Assembly: GCA_963663225.1 (NCBI GenBank)
Contig: OY760142.1
Coordinates: 736,001 to 800,000, forward strand
DNA length: 64,000 bases
DNA from: Nitrospirota bacterium
Lineage (GTDB): Bacteria; Nitrospirota; UBA9217
Direction of reading: 5' to 3'
Positions 1 through 11,191 of the stretch are shown here, one piece after another (position 1 is the stretch's first letter; the number at the start of each line of letters is the position of its first letter). The notes below the pieces were generated by a model. That model had not been told where the DNA came from, made no database searches, and saw only the letters and a list, made by a program, of their open reading frames with translations. A program made the position numbers and the translations under genes.

Positions 1-353
1 GAAGATACTCGCCCGACGGGTAGTGTTACTGCAGCGTCACCATAAAATCCATCAGCAATGGCCCCTACATCGATGCTGATTATATCGCCTTGCCGGAGAA
101 CAACGTTTTCTGATGGTATCCCATGTACTATTTCATTGTTGAGCGAAGTGCATAGTGTTTTTGTATAGCCTCGGTATCCTTTAAATGCCGGCTTTGCTCC
201 AGCCGCGCGTATAAACCTTTCAGCCTCTTCATCCAGATACTTCGTTGTGACCCCTGGTTGAATCATGCTGCGTATATGTTCGAGTACGTTGGCAACAATT
301 ACGCTTGCTTTTCGTATTTTTTCAATTTCCTGGCGGGATTTAAGAATAATCAT
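1..353 (-). CDS. map: Methionine aminopeptidase, type I (partial, runs off window start)
   Basis: Manual translation from ATG at 353: MIILKSRQEIEKIRKAS...PAFKGYRGYTKTLCTSLNNEIVHGIP...GDIISIDVG; lies directly after secY. Confidence 0.95.
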   Translation of the reverse strand, partial: MIILKSRQEIEKIRKASVIVANVLEHIRSMIQPGVTTKYLDEEAERFIRAAGAKPAFKGYRGYTKTLCTSLNNEIVHGIPSENVVLRQGDIISIDVGAIADGFYGDAAVTLPVGRVS

Positions 354-368
354 GATACATCCCGGCTA

Positions 369-1667
369 TCAACGTCTCCCCTTGATGGAAACACCTTTCA
401 AAAAACCACCATAGTGTCTTTGTATTAAGTGCGACTCTATTTGCGAGACAGTATCCAGGGCAACTCCAATCACAATCAGCAATGACGTGCCGCCGAAATA
501 AAAAGGCACATTAAAGAACCTGTAAAAAATATCGGGCAAAACACAGACCGCTGAAAGGTATAACGCTCCGCCGAGAGTGATGCGTGTAAGCACTCTATAT
601 AAATAATCAGAAGTTTTCTTTCCAGGCCTGATGCCAGGGATAAATCCACCGTACTTCTTCAGGTTATCAGCAATATCCACAGGATTAAAGACGATAGCGG
701 TGTAAAAATAAGCGAAGAAAACAATCATGAGAACATATACTATCGTATAAAGCCAGCTTCCTGGAGAAAGCTGCTGAGCTATTTGCTGCACCCATTCAAC
801 TTGTGCAAATCCTGCAATTGTTGCAGGAAATAATAAGATAGACGATGCAAAAATCGGCGGGATAACTCCAGCCGAGTTGACTTTGAGAGGTAAGTGTGTA
901 CTCTGACCTTTATAAATTTTACGGCCAACCATTCGTTGCGCATATTGGATGGCAATTTTTCGCTGGCCGCGTTCCATAATGATAATTGCAGCAACTACTG
1001 CAATAATAATGGCAAGAATGACAAATATCATGAAATATTGTATCTCGCCTGCTCTCATAAGCTGATAGGTATTCACCACCGCACTCGGGAAGCCCGCAAC
1101 AATACCTGCAAAAATTACAAGAGAGATCCCGTTCCCAATGCCTCTTTCCGTAATCTGCTCTCCAAGCCACATGATAAATGTGGTCCCTGCTGTCAGGGTG
1201 ATCATGGTGAGAATGCGAAATGTCCAGCCGGTCGATTCCACAAAAGCACCGTCTCCCATTTTTTCAATGCCGACAGCCATCCAGAAAGATTGAAAAGCAG
1301 ATATAAATACCGTGCCGTACCGTGTATATTCAGTTATTTTTTTCCTGCCTGCCTCACCCTCTTTCGCAAGCGCCTGCAATCGAGGAATTACCACTGTTAA
1401 AAGCTGGAGGACAATCGAAGCGGTAATATAAGGCATAATGCCAAGGGCAAAAATCGTAACCCTTGAAAGAGCACCACCGGAAAACATGTCAAAAAAACCC
1501 ATCAGGCCGCCTGCCGATTGGTGCAAAAACTGGCTCAGCGCCTCTCCCTTCACCCCAGGTGTAGGGATATGAGCTCCAATGCGGTACACAGCAAGCATCA
1601 TAAGCGTAAATATGATGCGATTTCTAAGCTCAGGGATATTGAATATGTTTTTCATGCCGGAGAACAA
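369..1667 (-). CDS. secY: Preprotein translocase subunit SecY
   Basis: IFALGIMPYITASI, GIGNGISL, FGGTSLLI motifs; follows rplO. Confidence 0.99.
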   Translation of the reverse strand: MFSGMKNIFNIPELRNRIIFTLMMLAVYRIGAHIPTPGVKGEALSQFLHQSAGGLMGFFDMFSGGALSRVTIFALGIMPYITASIVLQLLTVVIPRLQALAKEGEAGRKKITEYTRYGTVFISAFQSFWMAVGIEKMGDGAFVESTGWTFRILTMITLTAGTTFIMWLGEQITERGIGNGISLVIFAGIVAGFPSAVVNTYQLMRAGEIQYFMIFVILAIIIAVVAAIIIMERGQRKIAIQYAQRMVGRKIYKGQSTHLPLKVNSAGVIPPIFASSILLFPATIAGFAQVEWVQQIAQQLSPGSWLYTIVYVLMIVFFAYFYTAIVFNPVDIADNLKKYGGFIPGIRPGKKTSDYLYRVLTRITLGGALYLSAVCVLPDIFYRFFNVPFYFGGTSLLIVIGVALDTVSQIESHLIQRHYGGFLKGVSIKGRR

Positions 1668-1670
1668 GAA

Positions 1671-2111
1671 TTATAGTACCTCTGCCTTCCCGCCAGCCGC
1701 TTCAATTTTCTCAAGTGCACTTTTGCTGAACTTATGGGCACGAACGACAAGCTTGAATTTAAGTTCCCCTTTGCCGAGTATCTTAACTTCTGACTTATTG
1801 TTCTTGATCAAACCCTTTTGTACAAGCAATTCAGGTGTTACGGAATCATTTCCCTGCAATTTGTCCAAGTCGGAAATATTTATAATAGCATATTCTTTTT
1901 TAAAGATATTAGTAAAGCCTCTTTTAGGAATTCTCCGCTGAAGAGGCATCTGGCCGCCTTCAAAACCGGGACCTTTCACACCACCTGAGCGTGCTTTCTG
2001 TCCTTTATGCCCCTTCGAGGCGGTTTTTCCTGAGCCGGACCCAACTCCTCGACCGACTCTTTTTGATTTTTTTGTTGCCCCTTGTGCGGGCTTTAATTCT
2101 TCTAATTTCAT
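1671..2111 (-). CDS. rplO: 50S ribosomal protein L15
   Basis: [18 protein letters not shown] motifs. Confidence 0.99.
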   Translation of the reverse strand: MKLEELKPAQGATKKSKRVGRGVGSGSGKTASKGHKGQKARSGGVKGPGFEGGQMPLQRRIPKRGFTNIFKKEYAIINISDLDKLQGNDSVTPELLVQKGLIKNNKSEVKILGKGELKFKLVVRAHKFSKSALEKIEAAGGKAEVL

Positions 2112-2158
2112 AGTTAGCTCACGACCGTTCTAGTAAAGTGCAATAAAATAGATTTTAT

Positions 2159-2353
2159 CTATGCTTCTTCAACCTTAATGAGATGACCGACTTTATCAAT
2201 CATCCCGCGAATTTGAGGAGTATCTGTACGGATAACGGAATGATTCAGTTTTTTGAGGCCAAGCCCAAGAAGCACGGCTTTATGCTTTCCGGGCCGAGCA
2301 ATTGCACTTCTTGTCAGTGTAATTTTAATTTTTTTTGCGTCAGACTTTACCAT
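2159..2353 (-). CDS. rpmD: 50S ribosomal protein L30
   Basis: KIKITLTRS...LGLKKLN...GMIDKV; spc operon position. Confidence 0.97.
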   Translation of the reverse strand: MVKSDAKKIKITLTRSAIARPGKHKAVLLGLGLKKLNHSVIRTDTPQIRGMIDKVGHLIKVEEA

Positions 2354-2355
2354 GC

Positions 2356-2865
2356 CTATGCTAGCTCCTCTACAGATTTACCGCGAAGTGACGCTACCTG
2401 ATCTACGCTTCTCAGCCTGATCAGGCCGTTGATCGTGGCGCTCACAACATTATGCGGATTGCTCGATCCCAGCGATTTGCATAGAACATTCCGGATCCCG
2501 ACGACTTCAAGCACAGACCTGCTTGCTCCGCCGGCGATCAATCCGGTGCCCTCTGAAGCTGGTTTGAGAAGTACTCTGCCTGCTCCATAATGGCCAAGTA
2601 TTTCGTGGGGGATAGTATCGCCCTTTAGAGAAACAAGAACCATGTTCTTTTTGGCGCGTTCCACAGCTTTCTTGATCGCTACCGGTGCCTCTGCAGCTTT
2701 TCCTTTGCCAACCCCTACCTTGCCGTTGCCATCGCCGACAACAACAAGCGCGCTGAAATTAAAACGTTTACCACCCTTAACCACCTTTGCTACCCGGTTC
2801 AGGTAAACGAGTTTATCTTTTAAACCATCGCTTTCTTCCGCTTCTTTGTTATATCTTTCTGCCAA
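2356..2865 (-). CDS. rpsE: 30S ribosomal protein S5
   Basis: [23 protein letters not shown]; TTG start. Confidence 0.99.
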   Translation of the reverse strand: MAERYNKEAEESDGLKDKLVYLNRVAKVVKGGKRFNFSALVVVGDGNGKVGVGKGKAAEAPVAIKKAVERAKKNMVLVSLKGDTIPHEILGHYGAGRVLLKPASEGTGLIAGGASRSVLEVVGIRNVLCKSLGSSNPHNVVSATINGLIRLRSVDQVASLRGKSVEELA

Positions 2866-2890
2866 TGCCGCCTCCGCAGTAAATATCTTT

Positions 2891-3259
2891 CTAGAAATTT
2901 AACCCGTTATTGCGCGCCGCATCCGCTAGAGCTTTAATGCAGCCATGGTATTTATAACCGCCTCGGTCGAACACGACTTGCTTGATACTTTTACCCAGTG
3001 CTCGTTCCGCTATACATGTTCCGACTTTTTTGGCGGCTTCGACATTTCCGCCGTGCTTCAACTCGCTCTTCAGCGTTTTTTCCGTAGAAGACGCCGCAAT
3101 CAGTGTCTTTCCGGTCGTATCATCAATAAGTTGTGCGTAGATATGGCTTAAGCTTTTAAATACGCTCAACCTTGGTTTATCGGCAGTTCCATATATATTT
3201 TTTCTAACTCTAGCATGCCGTCTTTGTCTTGCTTTTAATTTGCTCTGCGACACAGTCAC
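2891..3259 (-). CDS. rplR: 50S ribosomal protein L18
   Basis: [20 protein letters not shown]. Confidence 0.99.
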   Translation of the reverse strand: MTVSQSKLKARQRRHARVRKNIYGTADKPRLSVFKSLSHIYAQLIDDTTGKTLIAASSTEKTLKSELKHGGNVEAAKKVGTCIAERALGKSIKQVVFDRGGYKYHGCIKALADAARNNGLNF

Positions 3260-3320
3260 TCTCCGTTCAGCACGATGCAGGTTGGTTCAAGTCCATCGCG
3301 TTTATAGCTAATGTATTGTT

Positions 3321-3872
3321 TTACTTTCCGCCAGTTTTACCGGCTTTTCCTTCCTTGCGCTGGATTATTTCACCGCCGTACTTGATGCCTTTTCCTTTAT
3401 AGGGTTCCGGTTTTTTCAAGCTTCTCAAGTTTGCAGCAATTTGCCCTACAAGCTGCTTATCAATTCCTTTAAGCGTAATCAGGGTTTGCTTTGAGTCAAC
3501 CGTCGCTTTAATGCCTTTTGGCAATGGATAGACAATAGGGTGAGAAAAACCGAGGTTTAAAATTAAGTTTGTTCCCTGTGCAGCGGCTTTAAAACCGACC
3601 CCGGATATTTCCAACGTTTTTTCATATCCCTTGCTCACTCCGATTACCATATTGGCAACCAAGTTTCTCGTCAGCCCGTGCAGCTCTCGATAAATTTTTT
3701 GATTTGACGGTCGTTCAACAGTGAGTTTATTATTTTCTTTTTTGATGGCCAAATTAGGATTAACATCCTGGCTGATTTCGCCCAGCGGCCCCTTTACAGT
3801 TACCTTCCCGGTCTCAAGCTTAGCATCGACACCGGACGGCAATTCAATTGGTTTTTTACCAACCCTTGACAT
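3321..3872 (-). CDS. rplF: 50S ribosomal protein L6
   Basis: Start moved to MSRVGKKPI (GGAG RBS upstream); PEPYKGKGIKY. Confidence 0.98.
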   Translation of the reverse strand: MSRVGKKPIELPSGVDAKLETGKVTVKGPLGEISQDVNPNLAIKKENNKLTVERPSNQKIYRELHGLTRNLVANMVIGVSKGYEKTLEISGVGFKAAAQGTNLILNLGFSHPIVYPLPKGIKATVDSKQTLITLKGIDKQLVGQIAANLRSLKKPEPYKGKGIKYGGEIIQRKEGKAGKTGGK

Positions 3873-3911
3873 AACAACTCCTAACGTTCTAATAGGCAAA
3901 AATTAAAAACA

Positions 3912-4307
3912 TCACCAAACGTGACAGATAACTTCTCCGCCGACATTGTCCTTTTTCGCCTGTTTTCCGGTTTGAATTCCCTTCGGCGTTGACATAATGG
4001 CTGTGCCAAGCCCTGCTAAAACTTTCGGAATCGCATCATTCCCTGCGTAAACCCTGCGGCCAGGCCTGCTAATGCGTTTCAAGCCCTGAATAATGGGAGC
4101 CTCATCTTCCGTATACTTAAGGTATATACGGATCAAACCCTGCCTGCGGTCTTTTACTAATTTTACGTTTTTGACATATCCTTCGTCTTTCAAAATCTTA
4201 GCAATTTCAATTTTCAATTTTGAGGAAGGAATATCAACTTTTTCTTGTTTTGCCTTACTGGCATTGCGAATACGCGTCAGCATATCCGCTATTGGATCGG
4301 TCATCAT
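3912..4307 (-). CDS. rpsH: 30S ribosomal protein S8
   Basis: [21 protein letters not shown]. Confidence 0.99.
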   Translation of the reverse strand: MMTDPIADMLTRIRNASKAKQEKVDIPSSKLKIEIAKILKDEGYVKNVKLVKDRRQGLIRIYLKYTEDEAPIIQGLKRISRPGRRVYAGNDAIPKVLAGLGTAIMSTPKGIQTGKQAKKDNVGGEVICHVW

Positions 4308-4327
4308 TGATTCAAACCCCTCTTTTT

Positions 4328-4513
4328 TTACCAGCTTGCCTTAATAACGCCCGGAATCTCTCCCTTAAGCGCTCTATTTCTAAAGCAGATTCTGCACATG
4401 TCAAACTTTCGCAGATACCCTCGTGCTCGGCCGCAAAGCGGACAACGGTTATACGTACGCACCTTGAATTTAGGGGCTCTGGTTGCTTTTGCTATAAGTG
4501 ACTTCTTTGCCAT
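4328..4513 (-). CDS. rpsN: 30S ribosomal protein S14 (short Zn-binding type)
   Basis: 61 aa, CPLC...CRIC. Confidence 0.98.
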   Translation of the reverse strand: MAKKSLIAKATRAPKFKVRTYNRCPLCGRARGYLRKFDMCRICFRNRALKGEIPGVIKASW

Positions 4514-4542
4514 AGTTCCTCCATTACATCCGGATTGCCGGT

Positions 4543-5268
4543 TTACTTCCGGTACGGCATACCCAGATGTCCGAGCAACGCCCTGCCTTCCTCATCTGTC
4601 TTCGCCGTTGTTACGATCACAATATCAAGGCCATGTATTGAGTCAACCTTGTCAAGTTCTATTTCCGGAAAAATAACTTGCTCTTTAACGCCGAGCGTAT
4701 AATTTCCTCGACCATCAAAGGATTTCGATGGTACTCCTTTAAAGTCGCGGATTCTCGGCAGCGCTGCGCTAATAAGGCGGTCGAGAAATTCATACATACG
4801 TTCACGCCTGAGGGTTACCATGCATCCGATCGGCATTCCCTCCCGCAGTTTGAATGTTGCAATAGACTTCCGCGCATGAGTTATAACAGGCTTCTGCCCT
4901 GAGATCCTGCCCAATTCATCTGCAGCATGCTCCAAGGCTTTTGCATTGGAAATCGCCTCTCCCATTCCAACATTCAACACTACTTTCAGGAGTTTTGGCG
5001 CCTGCATTGTATTTTTATAACGGAATTCCTTCATAAGCGCCGGAACAACAACCTCACGATATCGTTGTTGTAGTCGCGGAGTCGGAACTCGTTCTGGAGC
5101 CTGTTTTTCCACAGAAGCTCCAGAGGCGGCTTCATCTGGCTTTCCCTGCTTAGCTGATTCTTTCCCTTTTGACTTTCCTGCCGTCGTTTTCGGAGCTTTA
5201 GGCGAGGCCTGCTTTTCTCCGGGACCGCCTTTAGATTCTTTTGTCGTTTTATCTTTCTTGTCCGCCAT
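4543..5268 (-). CDS. rplE: 50S ribosomal protein L5 with ~60-aa Lys/Ala/Pro-rich N-terminal extension
   Basis: Core PRL...LPRIRDFKG...[10 protein letters not shown]; start site uncertain (alternative GTG at 5112). Confidence 0.95.
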   Translation of the reverse strand: MADKKDKTTKESKGGPGEKQASPKAPKTTAGKSKGKESAKQGKPDEAASGASVEKQAPERVPTPRLQQRYREVVVPALMKEFRYKNTMQAPKLLKVVLNVGMGEAISNAKALEHAADELGRISGQKPVITHARKSIATFKLREGMPIGCMVTLRRERMYEFLDRLISAALPRIRDFKGVPSKSFDGRGNYTLGVKEQVIFPEIELDKVDSIHGLDIVIVTTAKTDEEGRALLGHLGMPYRK

Positions 5269-5332
5269 AGTATCGCTTTCCTATTTTACCCGGTTCACCG
5301 TAATTCAAAGACCCGCTTCGATAACTTGTCGT

Positions 5333-5644
5333 TTAATCGATAACGGCATTGCAAAGTTTACATACGCGAGCGCGCGTGCCATCTCCCTGCACTTTGCGTG
5401 AAACCGAAGTAGGTTTATCGCACTTCGGGCAAATCAGTTTTGTATTCGACGCCGCTATCGGGCTTTCTTTTTCTACGATGCCACCCTGTTTTAATTGCTG
5501 ATTCGGCCGCGTGTGCCGCTTAATCATATTCAGTTTTTCCACAAGGAGCCGGTTTGCAGCAGGATATACGGTAATAACTCTGCCTTTTTTACCTTTTTCC
5601 TTGCCTGTAACGACCATCACGGTATCATTCTTTTTTATTTGCAT
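5333..5644 (-). CDS. rplX: 50S ribosomal protein L24
   Basis: Start moved to MQIKKNDTV; KOW motif GKEKGKKG. Confidence 0.97.
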   Translation of the reverse strand: MQIKKNDTVMVVTGKEKGKKGRVITVYPAANRLLVEKLNMIKRHTRPNQQLKQGGIVEKESPIAASNTKLICPKCDKPTSVSRKVQGDGTRARVCKLCNAVID

Positions 5645-5687
5645 TTTCAAATCCTGCTTTGCACAAAAATGGTATGAAACGTTTAGG

Positions 5688-6056
5688 CTATAAAACTTCC
5701 GGTGCAAGTGAAATAATTTTCATAAAGTTCTTTTTTCGGAGCTCACGCGCTACGGGTCCGAAAATGCGCGTTCCGATTGGTTCGTTTTGATTATTGATCA
5801 AAACAGCAGCATTCCGATCGAACTTTATATACGAACCGTCCTGCCGGCGGACTTCTTTCGTCGTACGCACAACAACGGCTTTGGCAACTGTTCCTTTTTT
5901 AACTTGCCCCTCTGGAATTGCCATTTTAATAGCAACGACAATCACGTCACCCAGCGTAGCATAACGCTTGCGTGTGCCGCCTAATACTTTAATGCACATT
6001 ACTTTTTTTGCGCCGGAATTATCCGCCACATCCAATACTGTCTGCTGCTGAATCAT
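5688..6056 (-). CDS. rplN: 50S ribosomal protein L14
   Basis: [20 protein letters not shown]. Confidence 0.99.
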   Translation of the reverse strand: MIQQQTVLDVADNSGAKKVMCIKVLGGTRKRYATLGDVIVVAIKMAIPEGQVKKGTVAKAVVVRTTKEVRRQDGSYIKFDRNAAVLINNQNEPIGTRIFGPVARELRKKNFMKIISLAPEVL

Positions 6057-6088
6057 AGCTCATCCTCTGGAAAGCGTTAGTGTTCTGA

Positions 6089-6358
6089 TTATGCTGAGGC
6101 CTTTTCAACTATTTCGAGAACTTTCCACCGTTTTTCCTTGGAAAGCGGCCTAGTCTCGATGAAACGAACCACATCCCCGACCTTACACTCGTTTTTCTCG
6201 TCGTGTGCTTTAAACTTGGTGGTGCGCTTTATGGTTTTACCATAGCGTGCGTGCGCAATCCTCCTCGTTACCGCCAGCACAACAGTTTTATCCATCTTGT
6301 CGCTTACAACCTGCCCGATATACGTTTTTCTTTTTTTTGACTCATTAAGCGCGGCCAT
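6089..6358 (-). CDS. rpsQ: 30S ribosomal protein S17
   Basis: [19 protein letters not shown]. Confidence 0.99.
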   Translation of the reverse strand: MAALNESKKRKTYIGQVVSDKMDKTVVLAVTRRIAHARYGKTIKRTTKFKAHDEKNECKVGDVVRFIETRPLSKEKRWKVLEIVEKASA

Positions 6359-6545
6359 ACTTTTCCTTTAAAACGGTTTTTGTTTTTGCAACATCCTTGC
6401 GCAGGATTCTAAGACGCATAGGATTTTCTATCTGCCCCATAGCCTGCTGGACACGAAGATTGAACAGTTCCTTCCTCATCTCCGCAACTTTCGCTGTAAG
6501 TTCGTCCTTGGATAAATCTCTTAATTCTTTTGCCTTCATCTTCAT
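6345..6545 (-). CDS. rpmC: 50S ribosomal protein L29
   Basis: KAKELR...ELFNLR...LRKDVAK. Confidence 0.98.
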   Translation of the reverse strand: MKMKAKELRDLSKDELTAKVAEMRKELFNLRVQQAMGQIENPMRLRILRKDVAKTKTVLKEKYGRA

Positions 6546-6958
6546 ATCTCTGCCTCGCGGGAAACGAATTTTGTCGCTACCGGCAGTTTATATGCGGCCA
6601 GGCGGAATGCTTCTCGGGCGACAGATTCCTCTACCCCTCCCATTTCGTAGAGCACCCGGCCTGGTTTTACCACTGCGACCCAGTACTCCGGCGCGCCCTT
6701 TCCCTTACCCATGCGTGTTTCTGCTGGTTTCTTGGTAATCGGTTTATCAGGAAATACGCGGATCCATATTTTCCCGCCGCGTTTGACATACCGGGTCATG
6801 GCAATGCGTGCCGCTTCTATCTGCCTACTCGTAATCCATCCCGGCTCAAGAACCTTCAGCCCATACTCACCATAGCTGACCTCAGCGCCACGGTATGCTG
6901 TTCCGTTGGTTCTGCCCTTTTGCATTTTTCTATGCTTAACTCGTTTTGGTGCTAGCAT
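6542..6958 (-). CDS. rplP: 50S ribosomal protein L16
   Basis: [20 protein letters not shown]. Confidence 0.99.
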   Translation of the reverse strand: MLAPKRVKHRKMQKGRTNGTAYRGAEVSYGEYGLKVLEPGWITSRQIEAARIAMTRYVKRGGKIWIRVFPDKPITKKPAETRMGKGKGAPEYWVAVVKPGRVLYEMGGVEESVAREAFRLAAYKLPVATKFVSREAEI

Positions 6959-7005
6959 GATTAAATCCTTTATTCAATCATAATAATGATGACGCGAAAA
7001 TAAAC

Positions 7006-7650
7006 TTATGCCGCCGGTGTTGACTGCTGCAAAATATCTCCACGATAAATCCAAACTTTGACACCAATCTGCCCCATCGTGGTTTTTGCCTCGAAAAATC
7101 CATACTGGATATCAGCGCGCAGCGTATGAAGGGGAACCCTACCCTCACGATACCATTCAGTCCGAGCTATTTCGGCGCCAGCCAATCTTCCTGCACAGGT
7201 TATTTTAATGCCCTGCGCGCCGAGTCGGAGAGCAGAGGTAACAGCTTTTTTCATTGCCCTTCGAAACGCGATTCTTCTTTCCAACTGAAGCGCAATGTTC
7301 TCTGCAACAAGCTGAGCTTCCAATTCAGGTCTTCTGATTTCCTGAATGTTGATATAAATCTGCTTTCCCGTCATGGCCTCAAGGTCTTTTTTAAGTTTGT
7401 CAACCTCTGCGCCTTTCTTGCCGATAATAATGCCTGGTCGCGCGGTATGAATATTAATTTTCGCCTTCTGGCCTGCCCGCTCGATCTCAACCTTGGAGAC
7501 ACCAGCATGCATAAGCCGCTCTTTTACAATTTTGCGAATTTTAATATCTTCATGCAGAAGTGCCGCATAGTTTTTTTGAGAAAACCAGCGCGACTCCCAT
7601 GTTTTTATAATTCCCAGCCTTAGTCCTATTGGATGAACCTTTTGCCCCAT
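7006..7650 (-). CDS. rpsC: 30S ribosomal protein S3
   Basis: [25 protein letters not shown]. Confidence 0.99.
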   Translation of the reverse strand: MGQKVHPIGLRLGIIKTWESRWFSQKNYAALLHEDIKIRKIVKERLMHAGVSKVEIERAGQKAKINIHTARPGIIIGKKGAEVDKLKKDLEAMTGKQIYINIQEIRRPELEAQLVAENIALQLERRIAFRRAMKKAVTSALRLGAQGIKITCAGRLAGAEIARTEWYREGRVPLHTLRADIQYGFFEAKTTMGQIGVKVWIYRGDILQQSTPAA

Positions 7651-7667
7651 GACGCCTCCGTAAATAA

Positions 7668-7997
7668 TTACGCTGAGAGCACCAGCGTAATATGGCTTGT
7701 CCGTTTTTTTATCACGTTGCCGCGACCCATGGCCCGTGCCCGCATTCGCTTCATGGTCGCACCTTGGTTTACATAAGCCTTTGCCACCTTCAGCGAATCA
7801 AGGTCGCCGACCTTCTTTTGCTCAGCATTTGCGACTGCAGAGTCTAATAATTTTTTTACGATCCGCGCCGCATGCAGCGGAGTAAAGGTAAGAATATTGA
7901 GCGCCTCTCCGACCATTTTACCCCGGATCAGATCTACAACCTGTCTCGCTTTGCGCGGCGTAATGCGTATATGTCTTACTGTAGCTGTTGCTTCCAT
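7668..7997 (-). CDS. rplV: 50S ribosomal protein L22
   Basis: [23 protein letters not shown]; start set at MEATA (could be 8006). Confidence 0.96.
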   Translation of the reverse strand: MEATATVRHIRITPRKARQVVDLIRGKMVGEALNILTFTPLHAARIVKKLLDSAVANAEQKKVGDLDSLKVAKAYVNQGATMKRMRARAMGRGNVIKKRTSHITLVLSA

Positions 7998-8043
7998 ACT
8001 GGTCATCCTCACTCAAAATGCGCTGTATATGCGCAATGCAGCA

Positions 8044-8334
8044 CTATTTCGGAGCACTTGCCTTTTCTGCTGCTTTCGATCCTCCGTGCGCCTTGAACAT
8101 CCTTGTAGGTGAAAACTCACCGAGCTTATGACCAACCATATTCTCAGTGATATATACGGGGATAAATTTTTTACCGTTATGTACAGCCAGTGTATGTCCT
8201 ACGAAATCCGGCGTAATCGTCGACCTGCGGGACCACGTTTTCATAATCTTCTTTTCACCCGCATTATTCATAGTCTCCACTTTTTTCATAAGGCTTGCTT
8301 CAATAAAAGGGCCTTTTTTAACCGATCTCGGCAC
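8044..8334 (-). CDS. rpsS: 30S ribosomal protein S19
   Basis: GTG start with GGAGG RBS; [20 protein letters not shown]. Confidence 0.98.
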   Translation of the reverse strand: MPRSVKKGPFIEASLMKKVETMNNAGEKKIMKTWSRRSTITPDFVGHTLAVHNGKKFIPVYITENMVGHKLGEFSPTRMFKAHGGSKAAEKASAPK

Positions 8335-8407
8335 CGTATCCTCCGTTTTCAATGCAGATCACAGGTTGGAGTTTTTGATTCTGTTTTAGCCTGCGATCGT
8401 AATTGTG

Positions 8408-9235
8408 TTATCTGCTCTTAGTTCTTCTGGAAAGAATATATTTATTCGTTTTCTTGTTGTGTCTGGTTTTTTTACCGTCTGGAAGCCCCCACGGCGAACA
8501 TCCAGGCCGTCCACCGGATGATTTTCCTTCTCCGCCGCCGAGCGGATGATCGACAGGGTTCATGGCAACTCCGCGCACGCGCGGTCGTCTTCCCAACCAG
8601 CGAGCCCTGCCGGCCTTCCCAATGCTGATATTTTCATGATCAAGATTCCCAACTTGACCTATTGATGCCATGCACTCCGAGCGAACCATCCTTACTTCGC
8701 CAGAATTAAGGCGAAGCGTAGCATATTCCCCTTCACGCGCCAACAGTTGAACTGAGGAGCCGGCACTTCTCGCGAGCTGCCCGCCGGCACCCTTTTTAAG
8801 TTCAATATTGTGAAGAACGGTACCTACCGGTATTGATGCCATCGGCAGTGCATTTCCCGGCTTGATATCAGCTTCCGGACCGGACATAACGCTATCTCCC
8901 ACTTTCAAACCAAGTGGAGCAAGAATATAACGCTTTTCACCGTCGATGTAATGCAAAAGTGCGATACGCGCCGTCCTGTTCGGGTCATATTCAATATGCG
9001 CCACTGTAGCAGGAACGCCGTTTTTATCACGGCGAAAATCAACGATTCGGTATTTCTTCTTGTGCCATCCTGCCCGATACCGAACTGTTATTTTACCGCG
9101 GTTGTTTCTTCCGCCGCTTTGGGCCAATTTAACAACCAAAGACTTCTCAGGTTTGGTCCGCGTCACATCTTCGAATGTAGATGTTGTCTGGAAACGTCTT
9201 CCTGCGGACGTTGGGTTATACGTTTTTACCGGCAT
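8408..9235 (-). CDS. rplB: 50S ribosomal protein L2
   Basis: [23 protein letters not shown]. Confidence 0.99.
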   Translation of the reverse strand: MPVKTYNPTSAGRRFQTTSTFEDVTRTKPEKSLVVKLAQSGGRNNRGKITVRYRAGWHKKKYRIVDFRRDKNGVPATVAHIEYDPNRTARIALLHYIDGEKRYILAPLGLKVGDSVMSGPEADIKPGNALPMASIPVGTVLHNIELKKGAGGQLARSAGSSVQLLAREGEYATLRLNSGEVRMVRSECMASIGQVGNLDHENISIGKAGRARWLGRRPRVRGVAMNPVDHPLGGGEGKSSGGRPGCSPWGLPDGKKTRHNKKTNKYILSRRTKSR

Positions 9236-9529
9236 TTAAGCACCCTCAAAAATATCTATCTTTTCACCGGGCTTAAGCGTAACATAGGCTTTTTTCCAAT
9301 CTGATCTGCGGCCTATCCGCTGCCCCATGCGCTTGCTTTTACCCGCGTTCTTCACCGTGGTAATATCCGCCACTTTTACTTTAAAAATTCCTTCAACAGC
9401 CTTCCGCACCTGCACTTTATTGGCATTAACTTTTACTTCAAAAGTCAGGACGTTGTTTTTTTCCTTTAACCGCGTACCTTTTTCCGTAATACGGGGAATT
9501 CGTATAATATCGTAAAAATCAGTCATCAT
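9236..9529 (-). CDS. rplW: 50S ribosomal protein L23
   Basis: PRITEK, WKKAYVTL. Confidence 0.98.
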   Translation of the reverse strand: MMTDFYDIIRIPRITEKGTRLKEKNNVLTFEVKVNANKVQVRKAVEGIFKVKVADITTVKNAGKSKRMGQRIGRRSDWKKAYVTLKPGEKIDIFEGA

Positions 9530-10149
9530 TTACCATACACCTCCTGCATAGCGCTTAGGACATCCTGCGTTGTTATGAGGTATCGGTATTTCAACAGATC
9601 GTAAACATTCACATTTTCAATTCTCAGCACTTTTACCGACGGAATATTTCGAGCAGCAAGAGCAACATTCTTATTATCTGATTTCACGAGGACAAGCGCA
9701 GTCTCTTGCACGCCAAGCGTCTTAAGCAACTGTGTCATCAACTTGGTTTTTGAATCTGCCAGATCAAGACTGTCTACCAAGATTAGCCTATTGTCCGATA
9801 CTTTTGAGGCAAAGGCATCCACGAGCGCCGCCCGCTTAGCTTTTTTGGGAAGAGCATAAGAATATTCTCTCGGCATCGGCCCAAAAACAGTACCTCCATG
9901 CCTCCAGAGTGGAGACCGACTGCTCCCGGCCCGTGCTCTGCCTGTTCCCTTTTGCTTAAACGGTTTTTTACCGCCGCCGCTCACAAGAGCCTTGTTTTTT
10001 GTAGCTGCCGTACCAGCTCGCTTATTTGCAAGCTGATTTACCACCGCAGAATGGACAAGATACGGCCTTACCTCCGTTGAAAACAGCGAGGGAAGGTCCA
10101 CATCCTTCACTTTCTTATTGTTTTGATCAACCATTACCACTGACGGCAT
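9526..10149 (-). CDS. rplD: 50S ribosomal protein L4
   Basis: KPFKQKGTGRARAGS. Confidence 0.99.
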   Translation of the reverse strand: MPSVVMVDQNNKKVKDVDLPSLFSTEVRPYLVHSAVVNQLANKRAGTAATKNKALVSGGGKKPFKQKGTGRARAGSSRSPLWRHGGTVFGPMPREYSYALPKKAKRAALVDAFASKVSDNRLILVDSLDLADSKTKLMTQLLKTLGVQETALVLVKSDNKNVALAARNIPSVKVLRIENVNVYDLLKYRYLITTQDVLSAMQEVYGK

Positions 10150-10181
10150 CTTATTAACCCTCTGTTATTTCTATCTCTTGA

Positions 10182-10796
10182 TTAATCTGCTTTATAAATG
10201 AGCAAAAACCCGTTTTCGCCACCCGGCACGGCTCCACGCACAAACAGCAGATTCTGATCCGGCCGCACATCAACAATCTCGATGTTTTTTATCGTAACAT
10301 TCACCGAACCCATGTGCCCGGGAAGTTTCTTGCCTGGCCATACACGGGATGGATACGCGCTCGCCCCAATAGAACCAGGAGCTCGGTTGAACATAGATCC
10401 ATGTCCGCCGGGTCCACCTGCAAATTTGTGCCGCTTCATGACACCGGCAAAACCTTTACCCTTACTCACACCGCTGACCGATATTAATTCACCTTTTTTA
10501 AATATATCGACGGTGACGACCTGGCCTTGCTCAAACACTCCGGTGCGAAATTCGCGGAGAATACGGTGTGGCTGCACATTTCCCTTCTTGAAGTGGCCGG
10601 CGATAGCCTTGGTCACCCGGTCTTTTTTCGGCATCTCTTCAAAAGCAAGCTGTACCGCTTCATAGCCGTCTTTCTCGGCGGTTTTCTTCTGCACTACAGC
10701 ACACGGACCAGCCTGAATTACAGTAACAGGAATCAGTTCCCCTTCGCTATACTGCTGGCTCATTCCGATTTTCTTTCCGATAATTCCCTTACTCAT
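10182..10796 (-). CDS. rplC: 50S ribosomal protein L3
   Basis: GKKIGMSQ, SKGKGFAGVMKRH; start set at MSKG. Confidence 0.98.
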   Translation of the reverse strand: MSKGIIGKKIGMSQQYSEGELIPVTVIQAGPCAVVQKKTAEKDGYEAVQLAFEEMPKKDRVTKAIAGHFKKGNVQPHRILREFRTGVFEQGQVVTVDIFKKGELISVSGVSKGKGFAGVMKRHKFAGGPGGHGSMFNRAPGSIGASAYPSRVWPGKKLPGHMGSVNVTIKNIEIVDVRPDQNLLFVRGAVPGGENGFLLIYKAD

Positions 10797-10869
10797 TGCC
10801 TTTTCCCTCACCCACGCACGATGGCAGCTTTAGAACACGCTCATCATGAGTTTGCGGTCAGATTCATTC

Positions 10870-11175
10870 CTACAGCTTGATCTCCACGTCAATACCCGCA
10901 GCAAGATCAAGCTTCATAAGCGCATCCACGGTCTGCGGGGTAGGATCCAAAATATCCATGAGCCGCTTATGGGTTCTGACTTCAAACTGCTCTCTGGATT
11001 TTTTATCCACATGAGGAGAACGGAGTACGGTCCACCGGTTAATTCTGGTCGGAAGCGGAATAGGGCCGGACACTTTGGCTCCTGTTCTTTTTGCCGTATC
11101 CATGATTTCGACTGTCGATTGATCGAGCAATCTGTGGTCGTATCCTTTTAATCGTATTCTAATCTTCTGTGTCAC
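10870..11175 (-). CDS. rpsJ: 30S ribosomal protein S10
   Basis: GTG start; [28 protein letters not shown]. Confidence 0.98.
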   Translation of the reverse strand: MTQKIRIRLKGYDHRLLDQSTVEIMDTAKRTGAKVSGPIPLPTRINRWTVLRSPHVDKKSREQFEVRTHKRLMDILDPTPQTVDALMKLDLAAGIDVEIKL

Positions 11176-11191
11176 GTGCTCGTTCCTTCCC

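Noticed and set aside
4328-4513. Zn-ribbon forms of S14, L33, L31 and Cys pairs in L24
   Set aside because: Ordinary ancestral state in many bacteria
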